From Nitrososphaeria archaeon (GTDB taxonomy: Archaea > Thermoproteota > Nitrososphaeria > Conexivisphaerales > DTJL01), in the NCBI GenBank assembly GCA_029775965.1, contig JARVJU010000011.1:24-64023 (forward strand): a stretch of 64,000 nt of DNA, in the 5' to 3' direction. Under the pieces are notes generated by a model. It saw only the letters and a program-made list of their open reading frames with translations, was not told the DNA's origin and did no database searches. Of the stretch, positions 38,188-48,167 are shown piece after piece. Position 1 is the stretch's first letter; every line of letters begins with the position of its first letter. The translations under genes and the position numbers were made by a program.

Positions 38188-38421
38188 TTGTCATCATATG
38201 TAGCTGGAGGAGTGGAGCTGGTGGCAAAGGTAGAGCTGTGCTCTGTTGAGGGTTGCAACTTCGAAGCTGTTAGGAGCTTAAATATTCATAGAGTAGCAAA
38301 TACATCTCTGCAGCTCAAAGGCGGTTCAAGGAAAGCTTTTCTGTGCAAGTTGCACTATAAACAGTTCAAAAAGGAGACGAAGAAGGATAGGGAGTTGGAA
38401 CACTACAGGTTCAGGGGATAA
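38188..38421 (+). CDS. Small hypothetical protein with Cys/His cluster and basic C-terminus
   Basis: 77 aa with CSVEGC ... CKLH. It ends 4 nt before thrS and is co-directional with it. Confidence 0.4.
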   Translation: MSSYVAGGVELVAKVELCSVEGCNFEAVRSLNIHRVANTSLQLKGGSRKAFLCKLHYKQFKKETKKDRELEHYRFRG

Positions 38422-38425
38422 AGAA

Positions 38426-40114
38426 ATGAGGATACTTCAGCAACATGCTGATTTTATAGAGTATCTGCCAGTAGCTAAAGAGATCTCCCAGGCTGAAGCA
38501 GCAGATAATAGCAGGGTAAGAATCGAAGATGTTGTAGTACTATTTACTGCTGTGGAATCGCAAGACGATTCCTCCGTAGTAAGCAAGGCATGCGAAGAAA
38601 CTGCCCAAAGTCTGGCCAAGCTGGGTGCAAAGAGTGTCCTTATCTATCCTTATGCCCATCTTAGTAATGAATTAGCTGAACCTGCCAAGGCGTTGCAGAT
38701 TCTGAAAGATATGGAAGAGCTACTTGCTAAGAAGGGAATATCGGTTAAAAGAGCACCTTTCGGCTGGAATAAATCATTTACAATAAGTGTTAAGGGACAT
38801 CCTCTTGCAGAGCAGTCCAGGTATTATAGCCCTAGCTCAACAAGCCAGAGATTGGTGAACAAAAGAGAACCAACTTTCGAAGAGATGCTTGCAAAGGCAA
38901 AGAAGAGCGAATACGTAGGACTAGCTGATAATGACCATAGGATACTTGGCGAAAGACTTGACCTGTTCAGCTTCTATGAGCTTTCTCCAAGCATGCCTTT
39001 CTGGCATGATAAAGGAATAACTCTGAAAAATATACTGATAGAGACAATACGAAAAGAACTTAAAAGAAGAGGATACATAGAAATTTCAACAGCACCTCTG
39101 GCAAATATAGCACAATGGAAGATAAGCGGGCACTGGGATTACTACAGGGATAACATGTTTCTGACAAAGCTGGGGGAAGAAGATTATAGCCTGAAGCCTA
39201 TGAACTGTCCTTCGACTCTCGTCTGGTATAAATCTAGGAGGTGGAGCTACAGGGATTTACCACTAAGGGTTGCGTGCTTTGATACTTTATTCAGGAAAGA
39301 GCTTAGTGGTGTAGCAACTGGGCTTCTAAGGGTGAAGACACTTCAGCAGGACGATGCACATATAATATGCACTGAAGAGCAGATAGAGCAGGAGCTCTTT
39401 GGTCTTATAGATCTGATGCACTGGCTCTACAGTATATTCGGTCTTTCGTACAAGGCAAGAGTTTCAACAATGCCAGATGAACATATGGGGACAGAAGAGC
39501 AGTGGAACAAGGCTACAGAAGCACTGATAAAGTCTCTGAGATCCAAAGGACTTGAGCCCGAAATAAAGGAGAAGGATGGCGCTTTTTACGGTCCAAAGAT
39601 AGATGTAGACATCAAAGACTCTCTTGGAAGATTCTGGCAATGTGCGACAATTCAGCTTGATTATCAGTTGCCTATGAGATTCAAAGCAACCTACATCGGG
39701 CCTGATGGTCAGGAGCACACACCTGTCATGATTCACAGAGCCATATACGGGTCAATAGAGAGATTTGTAGGTGTTATGCTTGAGCACTATGCAGGGAAGC
39801 TGCCTGTTTGGCTCTCACCTATTCAGGCAAGAGTGATACCTATATCAGATCAGAGCGTAGATTATAGCAGAAAGGTACTTTCGGAGCTGATAGAGAACGG
39901 TGTTAGAGCTGATTCAGATTTTGATACAACGACATTGAATTTCAAAGTGAGAAAGGCACAACTTGAGAAGATACCCTACATGCTTATCATAGGCTCAAGG
40001 GAAGTGGCTTCAAGCAAGATATCCGTCAGGACAAGGGAAGGAAAAGTTACTAATGATGTAACAGTGGATGAATTTGTCAGAGAAATCAAAGAGAAAAATT
40101 CAAAGTTCATGTAA
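38426..40114 (+). CDS. thrS: Threonyl-tRNA synthetase with archaeal-type N-terminal editing domain
   Basis: The N-terminus MRILQQHADFIEY is the archaeal ThrRS editing-domain type. The class II core has KPMNCP, FRKELSG, LQQDDAHI, FYGPKIDV, and HRAIYGSIERF. An anticodon-binding domain follows. Confidence 0.9.
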   Translation: MRILQQHADFIEYLPVAKEISQAEAADNSRVRIEDVVVLFTAVESQDDSSVVSKACEETAQSLAKLGAKSVLIYPYAHLSNELAEPAKALQILKDMEELLAKKGISVKRAPFGWNKSFTISVKGHPLAEQSRYYSPSSTSQRLVNKREPTFEEMLAKAKKSEYVGLADNDHRILGERLDLFSFYELSPSMPFWHDKGITLKNILIETIRKELKRRGYIEISTAPLANIAQWKISGHWDYYRDNMFLTKLGEEDYSLKPMNCPSTLVWYKSRRWSYRDLPLRVACFDTLFRKELSGVATGLLRVKTLQQDDAHIICTEEQIEQELFGLIDLMHWLYSIFGLSYKARVSTMPDEHMGTEEQWNKATEALIKSLRSKGLEPEIKEKDGAFYGPKIDVDIKDSLGRFWQCATIQLDYQLPMRFKATYIGPDGQEHTPVMIHRAIYGSIERFVGVMLEHYAGKLPVWLSPIQARVIPISDQSVDYSRKVLSELIENGVRADSDFDTTTLNFKVRKAQLEKIPYMLIIGSREVASSKISVRTREGKVTNDVTVDEFVREIKEKNSKFM

Positions 40115-40963
40115 ACTAGCTACAGAGCAAAGTGTAGAGAATACAGAAGCAGCTGCTATGGCTGTTATCCCTGAAGCATCGTAGGAAGGGTCGAGCTCAA
40201 CTATGTCAAAGCCTACTATCCTTTTACCTCTGAGTTTCCTGAGCATTCTAAGCAGCATGTCAGATGATATACCACCCGGCTCAGGTGTTCCTACCCCTGG
40301 AGCAAAGGCAGGATCAAGAATATCCATATCCACAGAGACGTAAAGGTTATCATCATCAGCTATCAGGCGATCGAATTGCTTTCCTTCGAGTAACTCTGTT
40401 GAAGTTATATGCTTTATTTTGTCAACCAAAAACCATTCTTCCTTTGAGGCGGCTCTACCTCCAACATGGATGAATCTTTCAGCATTCATCTTTTCTGACA
40501 GCCTCCTTAAGAAAGTACCATGGCTGAGTTTTCTACCATAAAGCTCGTCTCTCATGTCGAAATGAGCATCAAAAACGATCAGCTTGCTATCCTTGGGCAT
40601 AGAGGAGAAAGAGCCGTATGTGAGAGTATGTTCGCCACCAATGATAGCAGGTCTCTTTCCATCATTAAGAAGCTCTTTTGTTACCTTTGATACAGCATCG
40701 ACCATCTGTTCGGGCTCCGGCATCGGATGCAGATTACCAAGATCCTCTATCGGAAGTTTTTCACCATCAACATCCAAAGCTCTATCGTAGACTTCTATCT
40801 TCCAAAAGGCATCTCTCAGTGCATTTGGTCCGAACCTGCATCCTGGCCTATAGCTTGTAGTTGCGTCATACGGCACACCAAAGACACTTACTATAGGCTT
40901 AATGTTACCATTCAGGTTCGTCATTGTAGGCTCTGTGGAGATGAAGAATTCTCTAAAGCTCAT
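40100..40963 (-). CDS. speB: Agmatinase / ureohydrolase family
   Basis: GGEHTLTYG, FDAHFDMRD, SVDMDILDPAFAPG, and EPGG. Confidence 0.85.
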   Translation of the reverse strand: MSFREFFISTEPTMTNLNGNIKPIVSVFGVPYDATTSYRPGCRFGPNALRDAFWKIEVYDRALDVDGEKLPIEDLGNLHPMPEPEQMVDAVSKVTKELLNDGKRPAIIGGEHTLTYGSFSSMPKDSKLIVFDAHFDMRDELYGRKLSHGTFLRRLSEKMNAERFIHVGGRAASKEEWFLVDKIKHITSTELLEGKQFDRLIADDDNLYVSVDMDILDPAFAPGVGTPEPGGISSDMLLRMLRKLRGKRIVGFDIVELDPSYDASGITAIAAASVFSTLCSVASLHEL

Positions 40964-40997
40964 GCCTCCCGCCTACTTAGTTGTGTAATTTAAGCGA

Positions 40998-43900
40998 TTA
41001 TGCACCGAAGAAGTCCTCAAGTCTTGTTGCTCCAAGTATTTCGTCGAATTCGTATCCTAATGCATCTAGCAACTGGTCAAACGTCCCCCTTATGTATTCA
41101 ACATACTTGTCAACATCTATCTCTTCAGGCTTCGCATACTCAACTGGCTTTACGCCAACCGAACCGGTCGTCTTTACAAATGAAATTATAGAGCCAGGCT
41201 GCACCTCTTTCCCCTTCTGCCTTAGTATCTGAGCTGCCTTTACATGCTGCGGTGTGGTATCAGTATATCTCTCCAAGGGCTTGTTCATCATAACATGAAA
41301 CGCAAGTTCTTCCAATGGAACCTTTCTTGACTTAAGATCCTGATATGCCTTCCGAAGTAGCTGCTTGATCCTTTCTCTTGCAGTTTCGAAATCCTGGGGG
41401 TTCGAAACCTGTGCAAGAATACTGATAACATCAGCAAATGTCTTCTTTATAAAGTCTGGTATGTTGCTCTTTTTACCAGTCAGACCCTTTATCTCCACGC
41501 TACCGTCTAAATAAACTCCAAGGTAGTTCTTCTTTCTGTTGCTGAAAGCTGCATACCTGTAGACCTTATCTATCTCCAGCTCAATTCCAAGCTCCTTTTT
41601 TGCCCAGTCAAGCATCTGATCTACTTGCTTCGGGTTTGGTGACTTTAGGAAAAGAGAGTCTGTGTTATGCACAAGTATGTTATTTCCAAAGAACCTATGA
41701 GTCCCCTCAACCTCTATATCGTATACATAGCCTCTGCAATCTATCTCTTCCACGGAGCATGACTTGAGCAAAATCCTTCCTTCTTTAAAAGCAACTATAG
41801 GCATCCCTGCTATTTCCTCAGGCTTTACAAGTTCAAGATTGCTGTCATTAATTCTGTAGACAGAATGGTCCTCTGTCACATCTACATAGAGCTCTTTGTC
41901 TATCTTTATTCTGAACATTCTCTTATTGACTTTGTGTCTCATAACATAAACGATTCTTGCGAACCCTACTCTACCTTTATCATCAAGCGTTCTCACATAA
42001 GCTTCTTCAGGCATACAATATTCTTTCCCTTCATGCCGAAAGTCAATATGAGTGAAGAGCTCCGATATATTCATGATGTGAACTTTTTTCTGAACCAGGC
42101 CATTATTGGTTGCACTGCTGATTATTACCTCAACCTTGGTGTCTTCAGCTACACTATCACCATAAGCAACTTCGATCTTCAATGACTTTGCTTTTTCTAT
42201 TGTCTTTGTGATGCTGTATCTGCCCAGCGCAGCTGTAGCCTCAGCTACAGGCAGGCAATATAGTGGGAAGTTTTCGAACCCCATCACGCCGTAACTTGCG
42301 TTTAGAAAGACCTTAAGACTCTGTGATATAACGTTGTAGAATTCCTTCTCTTCCTTTGATATACCAGGTCTCTTGGCTATGCTCTTGAAGTATCCAACTC
42401 TGACATCCCTCAAAGAACCTATAAGAAGACTTGTAATACCTTTTCTAAGCCTGCATACCCAGTGGTCTGTTTCAGGAATGCGATTCGTTCTGCACTCTGG
42501 GTGTGGACAATTAACTGTTTCGTATGAAAGGTTGTAGACCTTTATTATGCTTGGATACAGCGATGCAAAGTCTAGCACGACTATTCCAAAATGTACACCT
42601 GGCATAGGCTCGATTACAAGTCCACCTTTGTACTTTTTCCCTTTTATCGTTGCTTCAGAGGAAGCCTCTCCCTTTGCCTTGAGATCTTCCTTGTTCGGAA
42701 CTAGTGCATTCCATTTTCTGTGCTCGAATATGAGGAGACTCTTTATCCATTGACTTACTGCACCTCTGGTTGAGTCCTCGAGTGGCATCTTTGATATTCT
42801 GCATATTGTTGTAAAGAGCTTGAAGAAGAGGTCGTTGTTAAACGTTGTGAGCTCTAGAGTTATCTCTGCGTCTACATAGTTGTAATAGGCAAGAGAAGAA
42901 AGGGATAGCAGACTGATACCTTCCTCTACTTCTGCCTTTTCCCTTCCAAGAAGCGCCGAAGCGATAGCATTTAGTGTTCTCTCCGTGTACTTATTACTGA
43001 ATGCATATACCTGAATCGACTTGTTGTTGAACGCTTTATACAGGTCTATGTGAAGGCCTCCTTTGAAATTCATCATTTCTCTTGCAACAGAAATAGGAAT
43101 GCTTTCCTTCTGTATCTGCATGTTTTGAGCCCTATGGTAGAGATATTTTAGGTCAAAATCATCCCCGTTGAAGGTTACTATGATAGGATAGTCCATCATA
43201 GCATCGAAGAGGCTAAGTATAAGTTCGCCTTCGTTCCTGAACATCTTTAGCACAACATCTGGGGGAAGTTTATTCTCTCCCTTGTCAACTTCCGTTCTCT
43301 CCAGTTGAAATACAAACTTTTTGCCGTCATTACCAACAAGTGCGGCGCTTATCACAGGATATTCGGCCTTTTCTGAATCAGGCATTCTATCCTGCTCTGG
43401 CGAGAACACTTCTATGTCAAGTGCTGCCCTCTTGAACAGAGGCTGAGGCTGCGTCAGCAGCAGGGCCCAACCTCTTATGTATTCTGCAAGAACAGGGTTG
43501 ACACCATCGGTAGACCTGCGTATAGCCTCTTCTATAGCTTCAGTTATAGAAAAAGGAATGGGCTGTATCTCTCCAGATACTATCGCATAGTATGTACCCA
43601 TCTGAAGCTGCCTGTCATATATGTAATTCTCGTAGTACTTTATGTCAGCTTCATAGGCATTTATCACATCTCTTATCGACTTACCTGTACCTGCACCGCC
43701 TATAGCTAGAGGGTCGGAAGTTATTATCTTGCTTACCTGGATAAGCTTGTCTGATATCAGGTCCTTCTTTTCTTGCACCACAATGTCTACTACATCAGGC
43801 CTCTTCCTTATCTCGTCAAGCATCTCAGGAGGTTCCTTTGTGTAGCAATATGGTTTATGACCTGTCTTGTCATAGTAGAGCTTTATTTTATCTGTAAGAG

Positions 43901-44033
43901 GATCATAAAACTTCAAGAATGCTAATCTTTTTTCTCCATCATATCCTGCCCCTATAAGGAGCCCCCTTTCCAAGGAGCTCGAATCTTCCTGAGCTTCTCT
44001 GATCTTATAGGCAATACTATTTGCTAAAGCCAT
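40998..44033 (-). CDS. polB: Family B DNA polymerase, interrupted by a mini-intein
   Basis: Exo I ALDIEV, Exo II FNGDDFDLKYL, motif A LDFASLYPSII, motif B KVFLNASYGVMG, and motif C YGD / TDS split by 164 aa. Confidence 0.95.
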   Translation of the reverse strand: MALANSIAYKIREAQEDSSSLERGLLIGAGYDGEKRLAFLKFYDPLTDKIKLYYDKTGHKPYCYTKEPPEMLDEIRKRPDVVDIVVQEKKDLISDKLIQVSKIITSDPLAIGGAGTGKSIRDVINAYEADIKYYENYIYDRQLQMGTYYAIVSGEIQPIPFSITEAIEEAIRRSTDGVNPVLAEYIRGWALLLTQPQPLFKRAALDIEVFSPEQDRMPDSEKAEYPVISAALVGNDGKKFVFQLERTEVDKGENKLPPDVVLKMFRNEGELILSLFDAMMDYPIIVTFNGDDFDLKYLYHRAQNMQIQKESIPISVAREMMNFKGGLHIDLYKAFNNKSIQVYAFSNKYTERTLNAIASALLGREKAEVEEGISLLSLSSLAYYNYVDAEITLELTTFNNDLFFKLFTTICRISKMPLEDSTRGAVSQWIKSLLIFEHRKWNALVPNKEDLKAKGEASSEATIKGKKYKGGLVIEPMPGVHFGIVVLDFASLYPSIIKVYNLSYETVNCPHPECRTNRIPETDHWVCRLRKGITSLLIGSLRDVRVGYFKSIAKRPGISKEEKEFYNVISQSLKVFLNASYGVMGFENFPLYCLPVAEATAALGRYSITKTIEKAKSLKIEVAYGDSVAEDTKVEVIISSATNNGLVQKKVHIMNISELFTHIDFRHEGKEYCMPEEAYVRTLDDKGRVGFARIVYVMRHKVNKRMFRIKIDKELYVDVTEDHSVYRINDSNLELVKPEEIAGMPIVAFKEGRILLKSCSVEEIDCRGYVYDIEVEGTHRFFGNNILVHNTDSLFLKSPNPKQVDQMLDWAKKELGIELEIDKVYRYAAFSNRKKNYLGVYLDGSVEIKGLTGKKSNIPDFIKKTFADVISILAQVSNPQDFETARERIKQLLRKAYQDLKSRKVPLEELAFHVMMNKPLERYTDTTPQHVKAAQILRQKGKEVQPGSIISFVKTTGSVGVKPVEYAKPEEIDVDKYVEYIRGTFDQLLDALGYEFDEILGATRLEDFFGA
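41664..42155 (-). mobile_element. Mini-intein (164 aa) in PolB motif C
   Basis: It starts with Ser (SVAEDTKVEV, block A), has TEDHSV (block B), ends GYVYDIEVEGTHRFFGNNILVHN (blocks F/G) and is followed by Thr(+1) of TDSLFL. There is no room for a homing-endonuclease domain. Confidence 0.85.
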
Positions 44034-44140
44034 ACTTTTTCTGCGTCCATATGAGCGTTATGACATGGCTATAACCTTGATTCTAATGCAGATGTGATGC
44101 GACAAAATTTTATATCATTGACACTTGAGCCACGAGTGTT

Positions 44141-44470
44141 ATGAGAAAGAGCAGTATTGCAGAGGCCGCCAACGCTATTTTAGCTATAGCTGTGATAGTT
44201 ATGTCTTTATCATATGGTCCAGTATATCAGGGGCTATCATTGGGAGCCTCTGCACTAGTTGTGGATATAGTTTCTGTATTGAATCACCAGCATGCAAAGG
44301 GGCTTTTGTCTTTATCATCTGTGCTTCTTTTAGTCTTCTTCTTCACTGCATCATACCTATCATTTAGCTTTTACAGCCTTATCGGTTCACAGTTTGCTCT
44401 GATACTTGCCATATCTTCTCTCCTGCTAGGGATATTTTCCTGTTTTGTTGCACTTCTGGCTATATCATGA
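44141..44470 (+). CDS. Small membrane protein (3-4 TM spans)
   Basis: Hydrophobic 109-aa ORF whose stop overlaps the tyrS start (ATGA). Confidence 0.5.
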   Translation: MRKSSIAEAANAILAIAVIVMSLSYGPVYQGLSLGASALVVDIVSVLNHQHAKGLLSLSSVLLLVFFFTASYLSFSFYSLIGSQFALILAISSLLLGIFSCFVALLAIS

Positions 44471-45555
44471 TGGGTGGTCTGATGGACATAGATTCAAAGG
44501 TCTCTCTTGTGGCGAAACCTCCAACGGAGGAAATAGTGACTTTGGAAGATCTGCGTTCTTTGTTCGAAAGCAGGACTTCGCCATCACATTACATAGGTTT
44601 CGAAATATCAGGGCTTCTGCATCTGGGTACAATAGTAATATCTGGTTATAAATTAAGAGACATGATGCAGGCAGGGATAAAGGCTACGGTATTCCTAGCA
44701 GATTGGCATAGCGTCATAAACAAAAAACTCGGAGGAGATTGGGAAAGAATCAAAGAAGCAAGTAAATATTATGAAGAAGCATTTTCAGCATTTGTACCTG
44801 GGGTCAACATAGTTTTAGGAAGCGATTTATATGCGAAAGAAGCAGATTACTGGAAGAATGTGATAGAGTTCAGCAGTCACGTTTCTTTGGCAAGAGCTAC
44901 GAGAACACTAACAATAATGGGCAGAAGTATGAAGGAGAGCCTGGATATCGCTCAGTTCTTTTATCCCTCCATGCAGGCTGTTGACATACATACTCTTAAT
45001 GCAGAAATTGCACATGCAGGAATAGACCAGAGAAAGGTGCATATGCTTGCCAGAGAAGTATACCCGAAGATGGGATGGAAACCTCCTGTTGCTGTGCATC
45101 ATGCAATACTGCTCGGTCTATCAAAGCCGGAAAGGTCCGGTTTGGAGGAGGATGCGGAAAGTGATCTGATTATATCAGGCAAGATGAGTAAGAGTAAACC
45201 AAAATCCGCAATATTCATTCATGATTCGACGGAAGAGATATATTCCAAAATAGCATCAGCCTGGTGTCCTGTTGGAGAAGTAAGATTGAATCCCATCCTT
45301 CAGTATGCTAAGCTTATAGTCTTTCACGACTCAGATGAATTCAGGGTGGAAAGGGAGAAGAAGTTTGGAGGAGATATAGTTTATGGTTCTTACGAAGAGT
45401 TGGAAAAAGATTACTTGCAAAGGAAGATTCACCCTGCAGATCTAAAGCAGTCTGTCGCTAGGGAGATTGATAAAGTGATATCTCCTTTGCGTGCCAGATT
45501 CGAGGGAAGGAAGGAGAGGATAGTTGAACTATTCGCAGATAAAGATGGTAAATAG
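44467..45555 (+). CDS. tyrS: Tyrosyl-tRNA synthetase
   Basis: YIGFEISGLLHLGT (HIGH-type region, archaeal TyrRS pattern YIGFEPSG.hHLG), and KMSKSKP. Confidence 0.8.
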   Translation: MMGGLMDIDSKVSLVAKPPTEEIVTLEDLRSLFESRTSPSHYIGFEISGLLHLGTIVISGYKLRDMMQAGIKATVFLADWHSVINKKLGGDWERIKEASKYYEEAFSAFVPGVNIVLGSDLYAKEADYWKNVIEFSSHVSLARATRTLTIMGRSMKESLDIAQFFYPSMQAVDIHTLNAEIAHAGIDQRKVHMLAREVYPKMGWKPPVAVHHAILLGLSKPERSGLEEDAESDLIISGKMSKSKPKSAIFIHDSTEEIYSKIASAWCPVGEVRLNPILQYAKLIVFHDSDEFRVEREKKFGGDIVYGSYEELEKDYLQRKIHPADLKQSVAREIDKVISPLRARFEGRKERIVELFADKDGK

Positions 45556-45557
45556 AC

Positions 45558-46736
45558 ATGAGTGAGCCAATATCGATTCCAAATTCACAAGGTCTAAAAA
45601 AAGGGCTGCTGACATCAACGGCTAACATGGATGGCGTGAGGGTACCTATAAACAGGCCACTATTCGGTGACGAAGAGCTGAAGGCTGTAATGTCTGTAGT
45701 TAAAGATACTAATTTAACATCATCAAACCTAGAGGGGGGCAAAAAGGTAAGAGAATTTGAGCAGGCGTTAGCAAGCTACCTTAAAGTTAAGGATGTTGTA
45801 GCTGTAAACTCTGGCACCTCGGCTCTTCTGAGCTCTTTGATGGCAGCTGATATAGGGCCAGGGGATGAAGTGATAGTTCCATCTTTTACCTTTGCTGCAA
45901 CAGCAAACGTAGTAAAAATGGCCGGTGCCACACCTGTCTTTGCAGACATACTTCTTGAAGATTATTGCATAGACCCTGATGATGTGGCAAAAAAGATAAC
46001 AGAAAAGACCAAGGCTATAATCCCTGTAGACATATACGGGCATGTTTCAAAGGTGAAAGAAATAAAAGAAATCGCTTATGCAAAGAATATAGTTGTAATA
46101 GAAGATGCAGCACAGAGCCTTGGCAGTATGGACAAAGGTAGCTATGCTGGGTCTATTGCTGACATGGCCTGCTTTAGCTTCTATGCAAGCAAGGTGATAA
46201 CTACTGGTGAGGGAGGAGCAGTTGCAGTAAACGATCAGGAGCTAGCTAGAAAGCTTAGGATGATACGTAATCATGGTATGATTCAGGGTTATGATACAAC
46301 AATACTTGGACTGAACATGAGGATGCCTGAAGTGGAAGCAGCAATAGGAGTGGAGCAGATGAAAAGGCTGGAGAGTTTTATACAGTTGAGAAGAAGGAAT
46401 GCCAATGCATTTACCGAAAAGCTGAGAGAGTGCAAGGATGTAGTCCCCCCTTATGAACCGGAGACAAAAAGGTACAACTATTACCTGTATACAATATATG
46501 TAAAAAACCCAAGGGACGCACTCATGCAAAGGCTGAGAGGCGCTGGTTATGGTGCTGTGGTTTACTATGATACGCCTGTTCATATGACACCTTATTACCA
46601 GAAGAGCTATCCTGTATCGCTTAAGAATACAGAAGATGCTGCAAAACATGTGCTATCTTTGCCAGTTCATCCAGCAGTCAAGCTAGAAGAGGTGGAAGAG
46701 ATGGCAGTGCTTGTAAAGAGTTTCGGAAACGCTTAA
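45558..46736 (+). CDS. DegT/DnrJ/EryC1/StrS-family PLP-dependent sugar aminotransferase
   Basis: NSGTSALL, DAAQSLG, and FSFYASKVITTGEGG (PLP lysine). Confidence 0.85.
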   Translation: MSEPISIPNSQGLKKGLLTSTANMDGVRVPINRPLFGDEELKAVMSVVKDTNLTSSNLEGGKKVREFEQALASYLKVKDVVAVNSGTSALLSSLMAADIGPGDEVIVPSFTFAATANVVKMAGATPVFADILLEDYCIDPDDVAKKITEKTKAIIPVDIYGHVSKVKEIKEIAYAKNIVVIEDAAQSLGSMDKGSYAGSIADMACFSFYASKVITTGEGGAVAVNDQELARKLRMIRNHGMIQGYDTTILGLNMRMPEVEAAIGVEQMKRLESFIQLRRRNANAFTEKLRECKDVVPPYEPETKRYNYYLYTIYVKNPRDALMQRLRGAGYGAVVYYDTPVHMTPYYQKSYPVSLKNTEDAAKHVLSLPVHPAVKLEEVEEMAVLVKSFGNA

Positions 46737-46764
46737 AACTGTTATTCTGAAGGCAGAGAATGAT

Positions 46765-46932
46765 ATGGGGGAAGAAGAGCACAAGGGTGGTATAGTCTAC
46801 GAATGCGTAAGATGCGGAACAAAAGTAACAAGCGAGGAACTCAATTCATTACCCGAAATAAAATGCATTTGTGGCTATAAAGTGTTCAAGAAGGCAAGGC
46901 CGCCCGTAGTTAAGCAGCTTAAAGCTGTATAA
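46765..46932 (+). CDS. rpoP: DNA-directed RNA polymerase subunit P (Rpo12)
   Basis: A 55-codon ORF absent from the supplied track (under 60 aa): MGEEEHKGGIVYECVRCGTKVTSEELNSLPEIKCICGYKVFKKARPPVVKQLKAV. It has the zinc ribbon CxxC...CxC with the conserved Y.C..CG / K.R pattern. Confidence 0.8.
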   Translation: MGEEEHKGGIVYECVRCGTKVTSEELNSLPEIKCICGYKVFKKARPPVVKQLKAV

Positions 46933-47012
46933 TGTACGACTTCAGTCGAATATACATGTATAAAGAATCGATATAGTTTTTAAGGGTCCAAAGTGGCGCG
47001 AAGCCTCATACA

Positions 47013-48167
47013 ATGAGAGTATATGCTGTATCAGCTGGAATGGTGCCTGTAGGGAAGCATCCAGAGCTTGATATCGATGAACTTATGGTTAGATCGAGTA
47101 TTGAGGCACTGGATAAAGTCCAAGAGCTGAGGCCCGACAGGATAATAGTAGGTAATATGTTCAGCGGTGTAAGCTCACACCAAGAACACCTTGGAGCGCT
47201 GCTCGCAAGTTCACTTGGCTATTCTGGCATACCAGCATATAAGGTTGAAGCATCATGTGGTTCGGGAGGTGTCTCAATACACAATGCATACATTGCAATC
47301 AAGAGTGGGGAGAGTGATGCTGTGCTTGTTACTGGTGTCGAGAAGATGACGGACCTCTCGATTCCACAGGTAACATCTGCTCTGGTTATGGCTGATAGCA
47401 ATCGCTACACAGCATCTGTAGGTGCTACCTTTATCTCTCTCAATGCAATTACACATAGGCTTTACACAAAGAGATACGGGGTGGAAAGAGAGGATATGGC
47501 ATCCTTCCCTGTAATATCACATAGAAATGCTATTCACTCTCCTCATGCTATGTTCCACAAGGAGATAAAGAAGGAAGATGTCATCTCTAGTCCCATAGTT
47601 TCAGATCCGATAAGACTTCTCGACAGTTCTCCAGTATGTGATGGAGCTGCATCAATAATGCTTGTAAGCGAAAACAGACTATCTAAGCTGCCTACACAAC
47701 CTGTAGAGATTATTGCTAGTGAAGTAGCCGTAAACCTCTTCAGCATCTACGAAAGGGAAGACCCGCTCATCTACGATGCCACAAGAGTAGCTTTTCGAAA
47801 GGCAATGCAGAAGAGCGATCTTGACATAGATAAGATAGACTTTATAGAGCTTCATGACGCTTTTAGCGTCACAGCAGCACTTTCTCTTGAGAGCATGGGG
47901 GTTAGTGAAAAGGGAAGGGCGCCTGCTGACGCATCGAATGGTAGGTTCGAACTTCATGGGGAGATGCCTATAAATACCTTTGGAGGCCTCAAAGCAAGGG
48001 GTCATCCTGTCGGTGCTACTGGTGTGTATCAGGCTGCAGAAGCATATCTTCAGCTTACAGATGCAGCAGGCAAGAACCAAGTGAACGATGCTAGAATAGG
48101 CGTGATTCATAATATGGGTGGGGTAGATACTACTACAGCTGTACATATCATGAGAAGGGTGAACTGA
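47013..48167 (+). CDS. Thiolase (acetyl-CoA acetyltransferase-like, archaeal type)
   Basis: EASCGSGG (active-site Cys), NTFGGLKARGHPVGATG, and NMGG. Confidence 0.85.
   Translation: MRVYAVSAGMVPVGKHPELDIDELMVRSSIEALDKVQELRPDRIIVGNMFSGVSSHQEHLGALLASSLGYSGIPAYKVEASCGSGGVSIHNAYIAIKSGESDAVLVTGVEKMTDLSIPQVTSALVMADSNRYTASVGATFISLNAITHRLYTKRYGVEREDMASFPVISHRNAIHSPHAMFHKEIKKEDVISSPIVSDPIRLLDSSPVCDGAASIMLVSENRLSKLPTQPVEIIASEVAVNLFSIYEREDPLIYDATRVAFRKAMQKSDLDIDKIDFIELHDAFSVTAALSLESMGVSEKGRAPADASNGRFELHGEMPINTFGGLKARGHPVGATGVYQAAEAYLQLTDAAGKNQVNDARIGVIHNMGGVDTTTAVHIMRRVN

Noticed and set aside
44125-44367. Alternative-frame 80-aa ORF overlapping the small membrane protein upstream of tyrS
   Set aside because: The 44141-44470 frame is preferred because its stop overlaps the tyrS start (ATGA) and it gives regular TM helices.
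47679-48146. Long antisense ORFs inside well-supported genes (for example 47679-48146, 2475-2849, 25769-26134, 36167-36550, 48752-49144)
   Set aside because: Each lies fully within a gene that has clear catalytic motifs on the other strand. Their translations are low-complexity or Cys/Ser-rich shadow frames.
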